From Eledone cirrhosa (Eukaryota), in the NCBI GenBank assembly GCA_964016885.1, contig OZ024746.1:89466001-89530000 (forward strand): DNA of 64,000 bases, written 5' to 3'. Within the stretch, counting starts at the first letter, position 1; each line of letters opens with the position of its first letter. Shown piece after piece: positions 1-13,797 of the stretch. The position numbers and the translations under genes are program-made. Below the pieces are notes generated by a model. That model was not told where the DNA came from. It worked only from the letters and a program-made list of their open reading frames with translations, and did no database searches.

Positions 1-555
1 CGGATCCAACTATCACCTGGCTCCATCGTTAAGTTCGCTCCGCCGCCTTCCGTTAAATGGAATGAACAGTCAGTTACTATAAACCTGGTGATCATCGTGA
101 AAGACGTCCTGTCGTGGACCGTTTAAAAGGGTTGAAACCAATTAATTTCCACTTCGCCGCAACTTTAATTAACCTTTTCAGGTTTCTGTTGTATACGAAA
201 ATGTGGATGGAGAAAAAGTCCTGCACTCCAAACAGTTTGATGAAATGTGGGTGAGTGTGCCGAACATGATCCGAGTGTTTGGAACTGTTCTGTGGATTTG
301 AGGAAAACTGAGAGGGGGCACTTTGTCTATCAATCAGGGTAATCGTGAACATTTGTAGCCTTTCCCGAAGTGTGAGCTACGCAGGTATTTCCCTGGAAAT
401 CTTTTTAAAAAATAGTTTAAACTTTTATTTCTTTTCGACTTTGTTAAAATGTTTTACCACACAATAACAGACATTGTTTAGTCATGTACCGTCCTGTGTG
501 TTCTTTATTTATTGTTTAATGTCGGCTCCCTGTAGCTAATATACAAACGATTATT
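1..555 (+). mobile_element. Old 3' end of a Tx1/L1-clade LINE (related to 1054-3605)
   Basis: Translates RIQLSPGSIVKFAPPPS...VKDVLSWT/LKGLKP, colinear with RIRLSAESIVRIAPPSS...WWTRLKGLKT at 3047-3190. The 3' UTR motif tgtaccgtcctgt is shared, and a short att tail follows. Confidence 0.75.
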
Positions 556-1006
556 ATCAGCATCGTTTTTGTTGCTGTTTATGTTATTGTCTTTGTGCTT
601 GCTTTCTGAAACCTTAGAGATAATGTGGTTTTCATGGTTTTTATTGCTGTGTCGTTCTGAGTTGTTTCTGATATTGCTGTCTTTCGTTGTAGCAGTGCTG
701 ATGTTGTTTATGGGGTGTTTTTGTTGATTCTGCTATATATTCCATCTACCTCTAAGGCAGTTGCGGTTAATATCGTAAGGTTAATATCGTCTTTCTCTTC
801 ACCGTTTGTAAATAATGTGCCCCTTGTGAGTAACTATCTAATATGGAAATTTGAAAATCTATTTTCCCCGATACATCCGCGAAAGAAATTCTTTCCGGAA
901 CTCTAAGCAATTACCTTATCCAAACAGAACAAAACGTGTAACCAAAATCACCGACTTAAGAGCAAATATTAAACATTGCCGACACAAATCGTGTGTAGTG
1001 TGGGTC

Positions 1007-1053
1007 ATATTATTATTATTATTATTACTATTATTATTATTAATATTATTATT
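1007..1053. repeat. (ATT)n microsatellite
   Basis: Seen directly; abuts the putative 5' end of the Tx1 element. Confidence 0.95.
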
Positions 1054-3604
1054 GGCGACCTACGTATGAAATCGTATTATCGTGAGCACCACAAAGGTTT
1101 GTTGTTTTCAGTTGTTTCAAATTACCAGTTATGGAAGATCCTTCTTGCTAAGTGTCTATAAGTTCACATATATAGCTTTCTGAAAAGGATACTCAATAAT
1201 ATTGGGTCCTTGAGCCCAAAATTTAAACCTTTTATTTATCAAACAAAATATTTCTTTGAAAAGAAACATGGCCGAAAAATCTCCTGTTTCTAACAGACTA
1301 ACATACCCCGACCACCACCTCCATTGTAAACCTTGCCACGGTTGCCATCACTGAAAATATAATTAATAGCAGTCTCAATTATTCAGATTTGCCGCATACA
1401 GACATTAATTCCCCCCATTACCAATAACTACAGGTGTTAAAGCCGCCATTCCCACCTTCCCAATGTCAAAAAGAACAACCAACCCCACTGATACCATTAC
1501 CACAACCATCACCTCAGCGACAACAGTGGGAGAGGCACAGACATGCGCCATTTCAGACACATACACGACAACCTCCATCTTGCGATACATCGTAGAGAGG
1601 GTAGCTAGGGAACCTGGCACGGGTGGGTCCTTGATAAATTTAGATCAGTCGAAATCTTTCGATAGGCTCGACAATGTTATCTGGCGGCAGTCCTGAGGGG
1701 GGCTGTCTTTGGGCCCGTCTTCAGATCCAGCCATGCACAATGACATCTGCTCTGTGGTGAGAGTGAACGGTCACCTTTCGGAACCGTTCAATATCATGGG
1801 CTCGGTCCGCCAAGGATGTCCCCTCTCGTCCCTGTTGTACGTATTGACTCTCGAGCCATTACTGCACAAACTGGAGACGTTGAGGGGGGTCCCGCGCGAA
1901 CTAGGATGCGGAAGATCCGTGTCAGCATATGCGGACGATGTCACCGTAGTGGTGTCGAACGCCAAACACATCGAGGCGATCGGCACTACACTAAGAGAAT
2001 ACGAAGCGGTGACAGCAGCAATGATCAACCAGGAAAAGTCAGTGGGCCTGCAGCTCGGCACCTGAACAGGCAGGTACATCCCGTCCAACAGCGTCGTCGG
2101 GCGCTGGACGGACGGACCGGTTAAATTGCTCGGGGTCCGGTTCGATCCGGACTTCCAGACGGAGAAAAACTGGGACAAGGGGACGAGCAGGGTGGCTTCT
2201 CTCACCCAGAAATGGGTGGAGAGGAAGCTATCACTGAAATGTCGAGCGGAGGTGGTTAACGCGTATATCGCGTCCGTCATCTACTAGCGCCTGACCGTCA
2301 TACCTTGTCCTAAGTCCCGACTGACTGCGCTGGAGCATTTACTCTTTCGCTTTTTGTGAAAGGGACGCGCTCCGATGGTCAGACGGTCCCTCTTCTGTCA
2401 ATACCCGCTACGTGGAGGGATGTTTGCTGTCAACACCCTTACGTGGAGGGCTGGGCATGCCGTGGCTGATGATGCGCAGACACGCGCTCAGGCTACGACA
2501 TCTCCACCTCTTCCTCGACGGTGATCAGTTGTGGACGCTGTTTGCTAGACGCGTCTTTCCCCAGCTCGTTTCCTTGACGGAGCTGCAGTCCTGGGTCAAG
2601 CGAAGACCGAGAGGGAGCGCTTGGAGACTGGAATGTCTTCAGGCGCTCACAGAGAATACGAAGCGGTGACAGCAGCAATGATCAACCAGGAATCGGGCAA
2701 TGTGATCGGTGGAAACTCCACCTCAGCGTTCTATAGAGGATCAGTGGAGGGGAAGAGCGACGACATACTTGGGGAAACTCTAGGCCTCGACGAAAATATA
2801 TTGGCCAATCTCTTCGGAAGAACTTTCGGACCAGGGCCTATGGACAACTTCCAGAAATCCCTGGCCTGGCAGTGCTACCGAGGAGCCTTGCCAGTTCGGG
2901 ATAAACTCTACAGGCATGGAGGTGCCCTCAGCCGGGCATGTCCGAGATGCGTGCAGGGCGACGAAACCGTCCTGCACGCATTCGTCCAGTGTCCGAGAAT
3001 TGCTTACTTGTGGGTTTATGTCGAACACCTGCTGTCGCGTGTAAGACGAATCCGGCTATCAGCTGAGTCCATCGTGAGGATTGCCCCGCCCTCTTCCTTT
3101 AGCTGAGAAGGGCAGGCAGTTTTTATCTGTCTGGTGGCCATGGCGAAAGAGATAGTATGGTGGACACGTTTGAAAGGGCTGAAGACGAGCACTTACCTCT
3201 TCGGTGATGCCCTGATTGACTTTTTCCAATTTCATTTGAAAAGGAAAATTAGGGTAGAGAGGGAAGTGCTCTCTTCTTAGCATTTTGTTGAAAGATGGGT
3301 GGGAGAAGCTAGAATGGCCCGAATGAATGGGCCTACTCTGAGTATGTGTCTGTAAATTAAAGGTGGAAAACTGGGAGAGGGCACTTGCCCTGGTGGTCAG
3401 GGTCACTGTGGCCTTTTAATGGGGTTTCTCCACAAATGTCCCTCCGAAGTCTCCCCCCTATAGGGGAATTTTTCATTGTTATTTTTATTACATCCTCTGT
3501 TTTTGTTTTTTTACACGCAGAAATGCCCATTTGTACCGTCCTGTATTGTCCTGTACTCTCTTTAATGTCTACTTTATGTAAACCCTTGTGGTCAATAAAG
3601 AAAG

Positions 3605-3605
<1 letters not shown>
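1054..3605 (+). mobile_element. Tx1/L1-clade LINE, internally deleted, with disrupted ORF2 (RT + C-terminal zinc knuckle)
   Basis: RT motifs LDQSKSFDR, SVRQGCPLS, AYADDVT, KLLGVRF, GGLGMP and CPRC...ETVLHAFVQC. Multiple stops and frameshifts. AATAAA at 3594-3599, then an (ATT)n tail. 1054-1525 looks like a 5' UTR plus a Thr-rich ORF1 start (ATG 1268); that part is inference. Confidence 0.9.
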
Positions 3606-3659
<54 letters not shown>

Positions 3660-3660
3660 A
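3606..3660. repeat. (ATT)n/(TAA)n tract shared by two tail-to-tail LINEs
   Basis: Seen directly. Confidence 0.95.
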
Positions 3661-5260
3661 TATTGCAATTACACAATATAAATATTTAATATGTAATGTT
3701 GACAAATACCAAGTCAATCTCATCAATGTTACAACATATATCTAAAGATCCATGTTATCCTGAACAAACATGCCATTTGCATAATGCTAAATTCGTCTTT
3801 CATCTCAATCATGACTAAACAACCTTCACGACTACTCGACACTATCCCCAAAGATCCAATATTTACTGTTATATTTCTACCTTTTTTCCAATTTCAAATT
3901 CGAAAAGTTCACAATGCAATTCATTATATACTCTTAACTTTTCCTTTTTCTTTCTCAATGTCTTCTCCTGTAGTGTTAAATGATCAGTCAAATTTTTTAA
4001 TCCACACATTCTTTTGAAACAAAACAATATCTGGCTTACAGAGCTGAATCACTGCGTGTGAAAATTCACAACCGTTTGACCTTTTCAGTTCCAATCACCT
4101 ATTCAACTCGTTTATCCCATTTTCTTAGAGAAATTGAAACCGAACCCCCAACAAAGTTTCAAATGGGTAATACAAGCTATTTATATTGTCTTTATGTTAT
4201 TACTGTACATTCATTGACAATAAGAGTTATTATTTCATTCCTTGATCCACATAATTGACACTTATATTTTATGATTGATCGACATATTCGACACATATTT
4301 TATATCTTCCATATCAATGTTTTCTGACACATCTTTTCCTTAGAGGTTGATCCTCCACTGTTATTGGAAAGCCTTCTTTCTCCTTTTCCTTATAGGCTTT
4401 ACTGATCCAGTCTCAACTTACACCTCCTCGTTTTATTTCTACTGTTGTATTGTAGCGCTTTGTCTTCCTCCGAAAATTTCTTTGGCCTCTTTGATTAATG
4501 CTACTTTTCCGTCCATTACATACTGTCGTAATCTTGCTACCTCCTCGTCAAAACAATCCCCTACTCCGATAAGCATCCCCTCATTGTTGAAGGACACAAC
4601 TTATCAGAATCTCCTTTTATGTTGAACCCTTTGACTATGGTAAACATTCACTTTGTATTTGCATCCATTTCTTATAATTTATCCTTCTTCCAGGACAATA
4701 TTCCTACACACAACCTCATAATAGTTATCTTGCTAAAGTGTAATCCTAAAATGATGTTTTCTTTATTCAATTTCTTATTGAGCTTTCACTATTCTATAAC
4801 AATCGTTTTTGTTACTGTTTTATCTCCTGATTCATCATTTTTACTTCAAGATTTCGGAGATTTTTGTAACTCTTCTTCTAGTCCATTTGCTGCATGTCAT
4901 GTTATTTGGCAATAGTATCCATCTCCTTATTAGAAATATTACTTTTTTCGTAACCAGTACGCCACATTTCAGTATTTTGAATTTCACGCTAATGTCTTAA
5001 AATAAACCCCCTTGACTGTGTTTCAATAATGCATCACATTGACTAAATCTACTCCCATTCACACCGTAATTTACATTTGTTTGATAAGGCGTTGCACGCA
5101 TGAATGAGGTTTGTGTTGTAAGGTTTCCATCAACAGGTATGTTTCTCGTGACACCATTTTATAAAGATTATCACGTAAAACTGAAGAGATCTTTCTGAAC
5201 ATGAAGTAAGATTATGCCCCACCGTACGCGAACCCAGTACTTTTGCTCCAGGGGCAGTTT
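3661..5260 (-). mobile_element. Degenerate R4/Dong-like LINE with restriction-like endonuclease
   Basis: Minus-strand remnants DISVKFKILKCGVLV (RT end), GSRNEIITLIVNEC (zinc knuckle), IQLCKPDIVLF (PD motif), NIGSLGIV and MQMACLFRITWIFRYML*. Flanked by (TAA)n on both sides. Confidence 0.75.
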
Positions 5261-7689
5261 TTATTATTATTATTATTGTTGTTATTATTATTATTAGTAG
5301 TAGTCGTAATGATGAAGAAAAGATAAGAGAATTTAATGATGGTGAGGTAAAGAGGTCGGGAAATCACAAAGAAAAGTTTGAGGTTTGATGCATGACATTT
5401 ATACGGATGCACGTGAATTTGATATAAAAGTTTTTGTTCTCTACTTGATCAGCTATTGATTGCATTGTTTTCAACACGAACCCATAGTCACAAATTATTG
5501 CGTAAAAAGGTTATTTGGTTTTTGAAAGGCTTCTTGTATATTAAATGCAGTGAAACGGAATTACTATTATTTCAACGTTTCTCTAGGTTAAGTGCTTGAA
5601 AAGAAAATCAGCTTCCCTAGGAGGAAAAAACAACATTTCGAAGAGTAGTTTTGCGAAATATCGCTGAAATACGACAGAATACTCTTCTCTGAAAGAGTGA
5701 TACTGATGTATATTTATGTATTTCGTATGTTTACAGTTAAGTACATTTAAGTGGGCTGGGCTGTTGAGACTTAATAAAATTTGTGTTTAGCCTGGTGCAT
5801 TGACGGATAAGTAATATAAAGCACGATTCTGTCATTCGGGAGATTACTAATGCAAAAATTTCATCAGCTCAAAACCGATGTAATTGACAAATATTGCAAC
5901 ACATACAAGTAGAGTATATTCGTGACTTAACGGCCAATAAACGCCGCTAGTGTCGTCTCAAGTTGCAATATCCCGTTTAAATCGACCAGTGATCGGCTTT
6001 TCCTTCAGTGTACTGTATCTAAATACATTCAAATCCTTAGGGTGTCAGAAAAGTAAGCACTATTTCTCGTGCTTCTATCATCTGAACACGCGATTTAACA
6101 TTTCTATTAAGGAAGAATAGCGTTTGGATTCTGAATCCAATCCAAATATATTTATATTTGTATATACACAAATATATGAACACACGCACACAGAAATACC
6201 CAATATAGATTACACACACAAACACACACACATATACATATATATATATATATGTCTGTGTGTGTGTGGGGGGGGGCGTGTCTGTGTGTCTGTGTGAGCA
6301 TACATATTTCTACGTGCGTCTATATATAGGTATAAACTACAAAGACAACTAGAGAGTAGATGATTGAACGTATATACATTCAGATGCATATACACACATT
6401 CTCATACACATACGTACATACGTATACACACATACAAGGATACATACATGAGAGCAATTTGCAGGTATTACGCAAGTATAAAATACATATAAGGATTGCG
6501 GGTTTTTACCAATGTCTCTACTGCATATGTGAAAAGATACCTGGGAATCTAGAGCATGCAACATAGTAAATTGTATAAGATAATTATTCTTTGTCTCACT
6601 CGTCTATGAGGGGCAAATGTATGCAAAGGTTATTGCATGTCTCCTCACAAGAATAATTTTGTTTTCTATTGACTCATACTATTTAATATCAAATTTTGAT
6701 TATTTAAACCAAGCATATCGAGTGAAGGCAAACCAGAATATATTTGCTGATTATATTCTATTTAACGTCTATTGTTTCAACTAATTTATTATATTTTAAC
6801 TAGATTTCATAATATAACTGAGATTTAGCGATATTATATCTAAAACATATTATGGCCTCTTTAGATGTCAGTTAATTTCTATAGGGTCTTCTCTCATAAG
6901 ACCCCCACCCCCCACCCACACAAAGAAACTGACTATTAAATACAATGAGTGACTCGGGTTCATTTCTCGAAGGGTATTAGACAATATGGTGCTTTTTTTA
7001 TTTCCTTATACGCGAAGGTAATTGAACAAGGAACTTTAATATACAAATTTCTATTTCGATACAATGAAGTACAATAAACTGTAGAACCGTTGAACTGTAG
7101 CGAAATTCCGTAGCGGCAGATAGAATTGTGTGCTCCTCAAACCGTCTGGTTGTACTTTTAACCTGTTGGTTAGAATTGTGTACCGCCGTTTAGCTGAAGC
7201 ATAATATATAGGCAAAAACACTAGCAAACTTGAAACACGTAAGTGTGATAAGATTGGCTGTCGTAAAATAATAATTAACAAATACACATCACTGGTTAGA
7301 TACCACTCAATATGACTTCAATACACGACATACACTCTTTGAGATGGCACAACCAAAGAATCATTCAGTTTGTTTGGTTAATCTATCTGAAATCCAAGTA
7401 AATCGGTGATTATCTACACCAGCAGTGGTTGTCCATCTGATAAATATCTGATTTGGGTATCTAGAGCTTCTCGACAAAAACAAATAAATAGTTAATTAAT
7501 GTGTAACAAACCTAATTCTATCAAATAATCTATATCGGATACAATCTATTGAGAGTAGTTTATTGAAAGGCTTATAACTAACAAGTCGATAACTTAGTAA
7601 CTAAAAGAATAATATTAAATGACTAGCATATTAGAGAACAATACCATGTTTAACGATAACTTTATATACACTAATTATAAATGTTCCTG

Positions 7690-7920
7690 TGTGTGTGTGT
7701 ATGAATGTATGCATATGAATGAATGTATATTTATATATATATGTATGTATGTATGTAATGTCTGAATTTAAGTATATGTATATACATATATGTATGCATG
7801 TATATATATTTATGTATATATGTATGTATGTATGTATGATGTATGTATGTGTGTATGTATGTATATATGTGTGTATGATGAATGTATGTAGGGAATATAT
7901 GTATGTATGTATGAATGTAA
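7690..7920. repeat. (TATG)n/(TA)n low-complexity tract
   Basis: Seen directly. Confidence 0.9.
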
Positions 7921-8302
7921 GTTTAAGCACTTGTACACATTTGCATAAACGTATAATGAGGAAATCAAATGTGATATAAATGCAAATCACCATAATGTAT
8001 TTCAATGATTGGAATTGTAGCAAAATCAGTCGACCATGGTGACTTCAACAACGAAACTAGCTACGAAAGCGACATGAAACCTGAACGACTTGACAAATGA
8101 AGAGATCTAATTACATAAAGAGTTCAGACAGAATCCTGGATGTTATATGTCGTAGGAAATGAGGCGAATAAAGACACAAAGTTACGTTTGCTGCAACCGA
8201 CAATATACATAAATTTATGGTGATCAATTAAAATTGAACAATCAATTTCAGTTACATGGCGGTTCCTACTGTTCGTACACTGATAAAGCTACTACTAATT
8301 AC

Positions 8303-8531
8303 CTCGTTTAATTGCCGAAACTGATTTTCAATATTACTAAAAACGGGATACATTTGACAAAGGCGCCATTCAAGACATTTATAGTTGAATCTGGAGTGCC
8401 TATAGATACGTGTATATTTGCATAATGAATTTGGTGTCCGCCGATAAACGCCATCAGAATAGCATTTGAATGGTATGTGATATGGACCGTATTTGTTCGT
8501 GTCATTGGGAAACTCTTCATCGATCAGTTAG
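8303..8531 (-). pseudogene. Possible exon-like segment of an unidentified gene
   Basis: Open frame LIDEEFPNDTNKYGPYHIPFKCYSDG...NIENQFRQLNE ends at GAG|gtaatt. The acceptor is weak and there is an in-frame TAA at the start. No family recognised. Confidence 0.2.
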
Positions 8532-9811
8532 CTATTGTTATTATTCACTCAGGTAAAGCATATAATGAAATATTTCAATTAAGGAAGGAAATGCGTTAAA
8601 TGAAGCGTTAACATTATATATGAATTAAAGAAATGTGTAGTAAACTATACTGAAATTTGAGAGTGTGACTTTAACTCCAGATCGATGATGTCCAATAATG
8701 ACCTTGCCCCTTCTGCTGACATACTGATTAGACCACGACGAAAACATTTAACTCCAAAATTACACTTATATATATGTTTATGTGTTTGTGAGAATGATAT
8801 TCAATATTCTTGAATATCGGTTGCAACAAGCAAATGAAACGTTTCTAATGGATGAATGATTTATCCGAAATATATATTTTTTATTTGGCCCAAGGTCAGA
8901 CACGCCTAGTGTATGGGACTCGTGATAGAATCCTCACTATACAAATGTTATTCCTTCCTTGATGTATGATTCTTTGTATGTTACTATAAAAAAGCACCGT
9001 TTTAGAAATTGATTTTGAACATAGAACCTGGCTTCTTATAGGATGCGCGAGAATTGAAAAGAGAATTTGAAAGGATTGACAGTTAATCGCAGAGGAAAGA
9101 AATTCAGAGTATTTAATTTTACTATATTATATAACACAACGGTTGATATATGGAGGTGGTGTATGATGAAGAAGAAAAAGAAACAGAAACAAAACTGTAG
9201 AAAGAGAAAATATCATAAGATATATTTATTAATCATCTCAACACGCGTATGTAGAAAACTATTATCTCTGTTGAGCATTAACTAGAAAGAGAAAAAATAA
9301 AGGATTGAAGTATTAGAGAATGACAAGAAAAAATATAAGCATTGACGTGGGCAGAATAGGATTAACCTCAAGATATACTATCCATTCTGCGTTGACAGGG
9401 GAACTTGAAAAACACGTGACAAGCAGCTGTTGGGATGTTAAACATGAGAAATTACTTGTATGTATGATTCAAAGCACCTATAGCGTAGCGATTTACGCAA
9501 TCGACATTTATAGCGTCTATGATATCCATAGTGAATAAACGTATTAAAATAATGTATATTCCATACAACAAATCTTTTTTTTTTTTTTGCTTTATTCTGA
9601 CACACATCACATGGTCTTAATTCGTGATTGCTTTTGATATGTAATCATGGGAATAGATTAGTCGAACTAACGTACCATTACTTCAGAGGCAGAAAGAATT
9701 ATCGAAATATACATAAAAAGAAGAAACAAAAACATGAAATAAAAAGAAAAATCAATAGTTTAATCAAAGCACCTTTCGTTTGATTTTTGTATACCGTATG
9801 AATATGAGATT

Positions 9812-9812
9812 G

Positions 9813-9884
<72 letters not shown>

Positions 9885-10074
9885 GTATATATATATATAT
9901 GTGTGTATGTATGTATATGTATAGATATGTATGTATATATATGTATGCATATGTATATATATATGTATATATATATATATATATGTGTATGTATGTATAT
10001 GTATATATATATATATATACAATATGTATGCATATGTGTATATATATATATACATATATGTATATATATATGTG

Positions 10075-10154
<80 letters not shown>

Positions 10155-10192
10155 TATATATACATATATATACATATACATATATATATATT
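9812..10192. repeat. Compound (TA)n/(TG)n microsatellite
   Basis: Seen directly. Confidence 0.95.
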
Positions 10193-10578
10193 TAATAGAT
10201 TAACAGAGAAAGCTTTAAGCAATGCTCTGACCGGCTTCCGTCTCACTCAACAAACATTAGGATATACCTTAGTATAATCCCAATTATACGTTTGGGGTGC
10301 TAACTATACGTATTTTGCGGATAGCCAGTTGTATTAATTTATATGAGACATAATTAAAATACATATTGTGAAAATAGCATATATTTTCACAAGCTCTGAC
10401 AGTTTGGCAGGTGAAGAGTGAGCTGTACTGATGAAGGGTGATACACAGAAACATTAGTGTCTGCAGTTCTGTTCGCATTCCAACACAAGAGCAAGAATGA
10501 GGTTTTCATTCTACTGACATGGCTATAAAATTGAGGCTTGTTTGCATAACTGCAAACGAATCGAATGTTATTATTAAT

Positions 10579-10678
10579 AGGTTAACTTTGCCTTTCATCC
10601 TTACGGGGTCGATAAAATAAAGTACCAGTAATGCACTGGAGAATTGCTGGCCTAGTGCCTAACGTAGAAACAATTATT
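10579..10678 (+). mobile_element. SINE family 1, 3' half
   Basis: gttaactttgcctttcatccttacggggtcgataaaataaagtaccag...aattgctggcc core. Confidence 0.9.
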
Positions 10679-10781
10679 AATATTCGAAAAACTAAGATTA
10701 CATTTATTTTATGCAGCCATGAAGAGCGGAATTTTCTTTTTTATATACATGTATGTATACACACACACACACACATACATA

Positions 10782-10834
10782 TGTTCTGTTATTAATTCTG
10801 GCAATATTACACAAATATGACCCTCCCCAAGTAT

Positions 10835-10840
<6 letters not shown>
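10782..10840 (+). mobile_element. Isolated PLE tail fragment (family of 22545-23285)
   Basis: tgttctgttattaattctggcaatattacacaaatatgaccctccccaagtataacaa is nearly the reverse complement of 22545-22605, and is followed by (TA)n. Confidence 0.75.
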
Positions 10841-10889
<49 letters not shown>

Positions 10890-10984
10890 TTGAGCAACAT
10901 CGGTGAGGTTGGCACCCTTAACTCACGGTTGGGTGTGGATGCATTCATGTATATGTGTGTGTCCGCATGTATCTGTGTGTTTCT

Positions 10985-10992
10985 AAATATAT

Positions 10993-11030
<38 letters not shown>

Positions 11031-11118
11031 CCAATATATACATATATATATATGTATATATATATACAGATATATACATATATATATATGTATATATATA
11101 TATATACATATATATACA

Positions 11119-11162
<44 letters not shown>

Positions 11163-11225
11163 TATACATATATATATATATATGTATATATATGTATATA
11201 TATATATATATATGTATATATATTG
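10985..11225. repeat. Compound (TA)n microsatellite
   Basis: Seen directly. Confidence 0.95.
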
Positions 11226-11371
11226 TAACAATATGACTCTCCCCAAATATAAGTATATATATATTCATTAATAAATGCGATGAGGATTCCTTTACTTATA
11301 TTTAGTGTTTGAATGTGAAGATTGGCTGAAGGCCACACATAGAAGGTTTGAACCCTACTCCTACGTATAAT

Positions 11372-11469
11372 AATGGTTTCTTATATTGGCACATTGTCAG
11401 CAATTTGGGGGGAGGGGAAAGTGGAACACATCGACCCCAATGCGTAACTGGTACTTTATGTTTATCGAC
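11372..11469 (-). mobile_element. SINE family 1, old long-form 3' part
   Basis: ggcac...agcaatttggggggagggg...atcgacccc...actggtacttta...tttatcgac. Confidence 0.75.
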
Positions 11470-11669
11470 ATATTTTATGGCGTTAATTATATCATATTGT
11501 CATCACGCAATCACCAACACGACTTGCTCAGGCAATCTGTTAAGTTTGCTGAGTATCATTCTAATGCAGTGTACAGACTATACACAAGGGGTTGAACAAA
11601 TTCAATGCTGGTTCTATGACAGTACGTCCAATTATATGTATAGATTGAGCCTTGTTTGTGACTCCCTAA

Positions 11670-11924
11670 GTTCCCTAAGCTGAAGGAGAAGCTCAGGCGA
11701 ATCCGCTTTCAGGATATGGAGGAGATGAAGGAGGCTATGCCAAGCGTCTGGACATCTTCACTTCGGAGGACTTCCATGGGGTATTTCAGAGGGGGCTGGA
11801 GCGCTAAAACAAGTGCATTGAAGTTAGAGGGTGCTACTTTGAAGGTGACTAGAGTTTTCGGTTAATCTGACTTAAATAAATGTCTCTATGCTAAAAGTCA
11901 CAAAGCATCTTGAGCGTACCTCGT
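11670..11924 (+). mobile_element. Mariner transposase C-terminal fragment with 3' TIR
   Basis: FPKLKEKLRRIRFQDMEEMKEA...NKCIEVRGCYFEGD*, ending cgtacctcg-TA. Confidence 0.85.
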
Positions 11925-13225
11925 ATATGTATGTAAATAGTAAAATTAACTAGTGTATAAAAATGAATACGGGAATTGAATTTTGCCCCATATTCCTCTA
12001 ACATTTCATATGAAACGTCATATAGTATACAGTTTAATCAGCAGTAAAGATCATTTTTATTGAATTAGACAATCGGATATCAGTTGATGCCATCACTATG
12101 ATTTACTATAGTTAGCATTGCCTTATACAAGCGGTTTTTATCTTATATTAGTTTCCACCCATGTCATATTCAACCTGGATGTTTAGATGTGCATTTCAAT
12201 CAAATCACAGACATATGACCATAAAGAGGATTCGATTGTTTGTCTGTATGTCTGAAAGAACATGCAGAGTACGTCTCGAATATAGCTGCGCTTAAAGGTA
12301 CACTCAGTAAGGCCAACATATTCTTATGAAACATCTAAGTTTGTCCCCTACCTTCCGAAAGCAGATTCTAACATGATATGATGTTATATCCATGCACTTA
12401 TATTGAGTTGGAACGTTTTATATGTGGATTTTATATTGTTGATAATACCTATGCCGGCGAATATATTTGTTGTACTATAATACGCTATTTTGACATTCTT
12501 CTTCTTGAACAATTTGAGGTAAACATGATGGTGAAGGAGAGGTTTGACTATATAAGGTTAAGCTTGTAATTTTATAGCATGGCAGATTTTAAATAAAAGG
12601 AAAATGCATGAGAATGAATAACTCCAAGATGAAGAAATTGTGTTGGTGGTGAAGAAACATGGAAGTGCGAGATAAGAATTTTGAGATATATAAGGAAGTG
12701 CTTGTTAAAAGTAGAATACGTTCAGGCTTGCACAAATGTATAAAATATGGAAATATGAATAATAATTCATATATACTTAAACATAGATACATCATAGCAG
12801 ATTCATAGCAATGGATGTATAAAATAGCGGGAAATATATAAAGCACATATAAAGCATATGTATATAAATATGCATTAGGGATAAATAGACATGAAGACGG
12901 ACAGGGGAATAAATGGTTTACAACTATACAAGAAAATTAATATAATAAAAAGGAGAGTCCAAGACGGAGCAGAAATTCATTTATGAATATGCGGTTATAA
13001 GAGAGAAATACACGAGGTAGAGTGATGGGAGTTTAGATATCTAGGCAGATACATAAATGGATGGATAGATAGAGACATACGTATAAATTGTGTTGTGTAC
13101 ATACACATATATTAATAGTTACACACATACAGACACACACATATATACATACACATACATAAATATACACATATTTATATATATATATATATATATATAT
13201 ACAGCTTAATATGTAGATATATATA

Positions 13226-13267
<42 letters not shown>

Positions 13268-13650
13268 TTGTTTGTATGTTTTTATATAAGAGGGACAGAC
13301 AGAAAGGGTGAAAGAGATAAATTAAAAATCATTCTTAACACGCTCTAAAACTTAGTAGCCAATATTATGCGACAATTTGTCTACAGTAAAACCTATTTGG
13401 AAACTCACAAGAGTCATATCCAACATCGATATTCTTTCACATTCATTATGCATTAACTTTTCACCTAGCCTGCTGCAAACGCGTATTTGGAAACGTGAAT
13501 GAACAGAGAGAGTTTGTTCTCTATTACAGATGTTACATTCAGTCTCTTGCTTGAGCAGTTATCTCATTGACGCCAAAGTATAAATGCATTTTATAACACA
13601 TACACATATGCTTTTTCAAACATACAGAGAAACACTCTTACATATTCCCC

Positions 13651-13699
<49 letters not shown>

Positions 13700-13732
13700 G
13701 TGTGTATACATTCTACTTCTACTACATACACC

Positions 13733-13797
<65 letters not shown>

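Noticed and set aside
9699-11338. Long YI/VC/HT-rich ORFs (also 21246-22022, 38365-39865, 57556-57960, 61398-62247)
   Set aside because: They are translations of (TA)n/(CA)n repeats, which lack stop codons in several frames.
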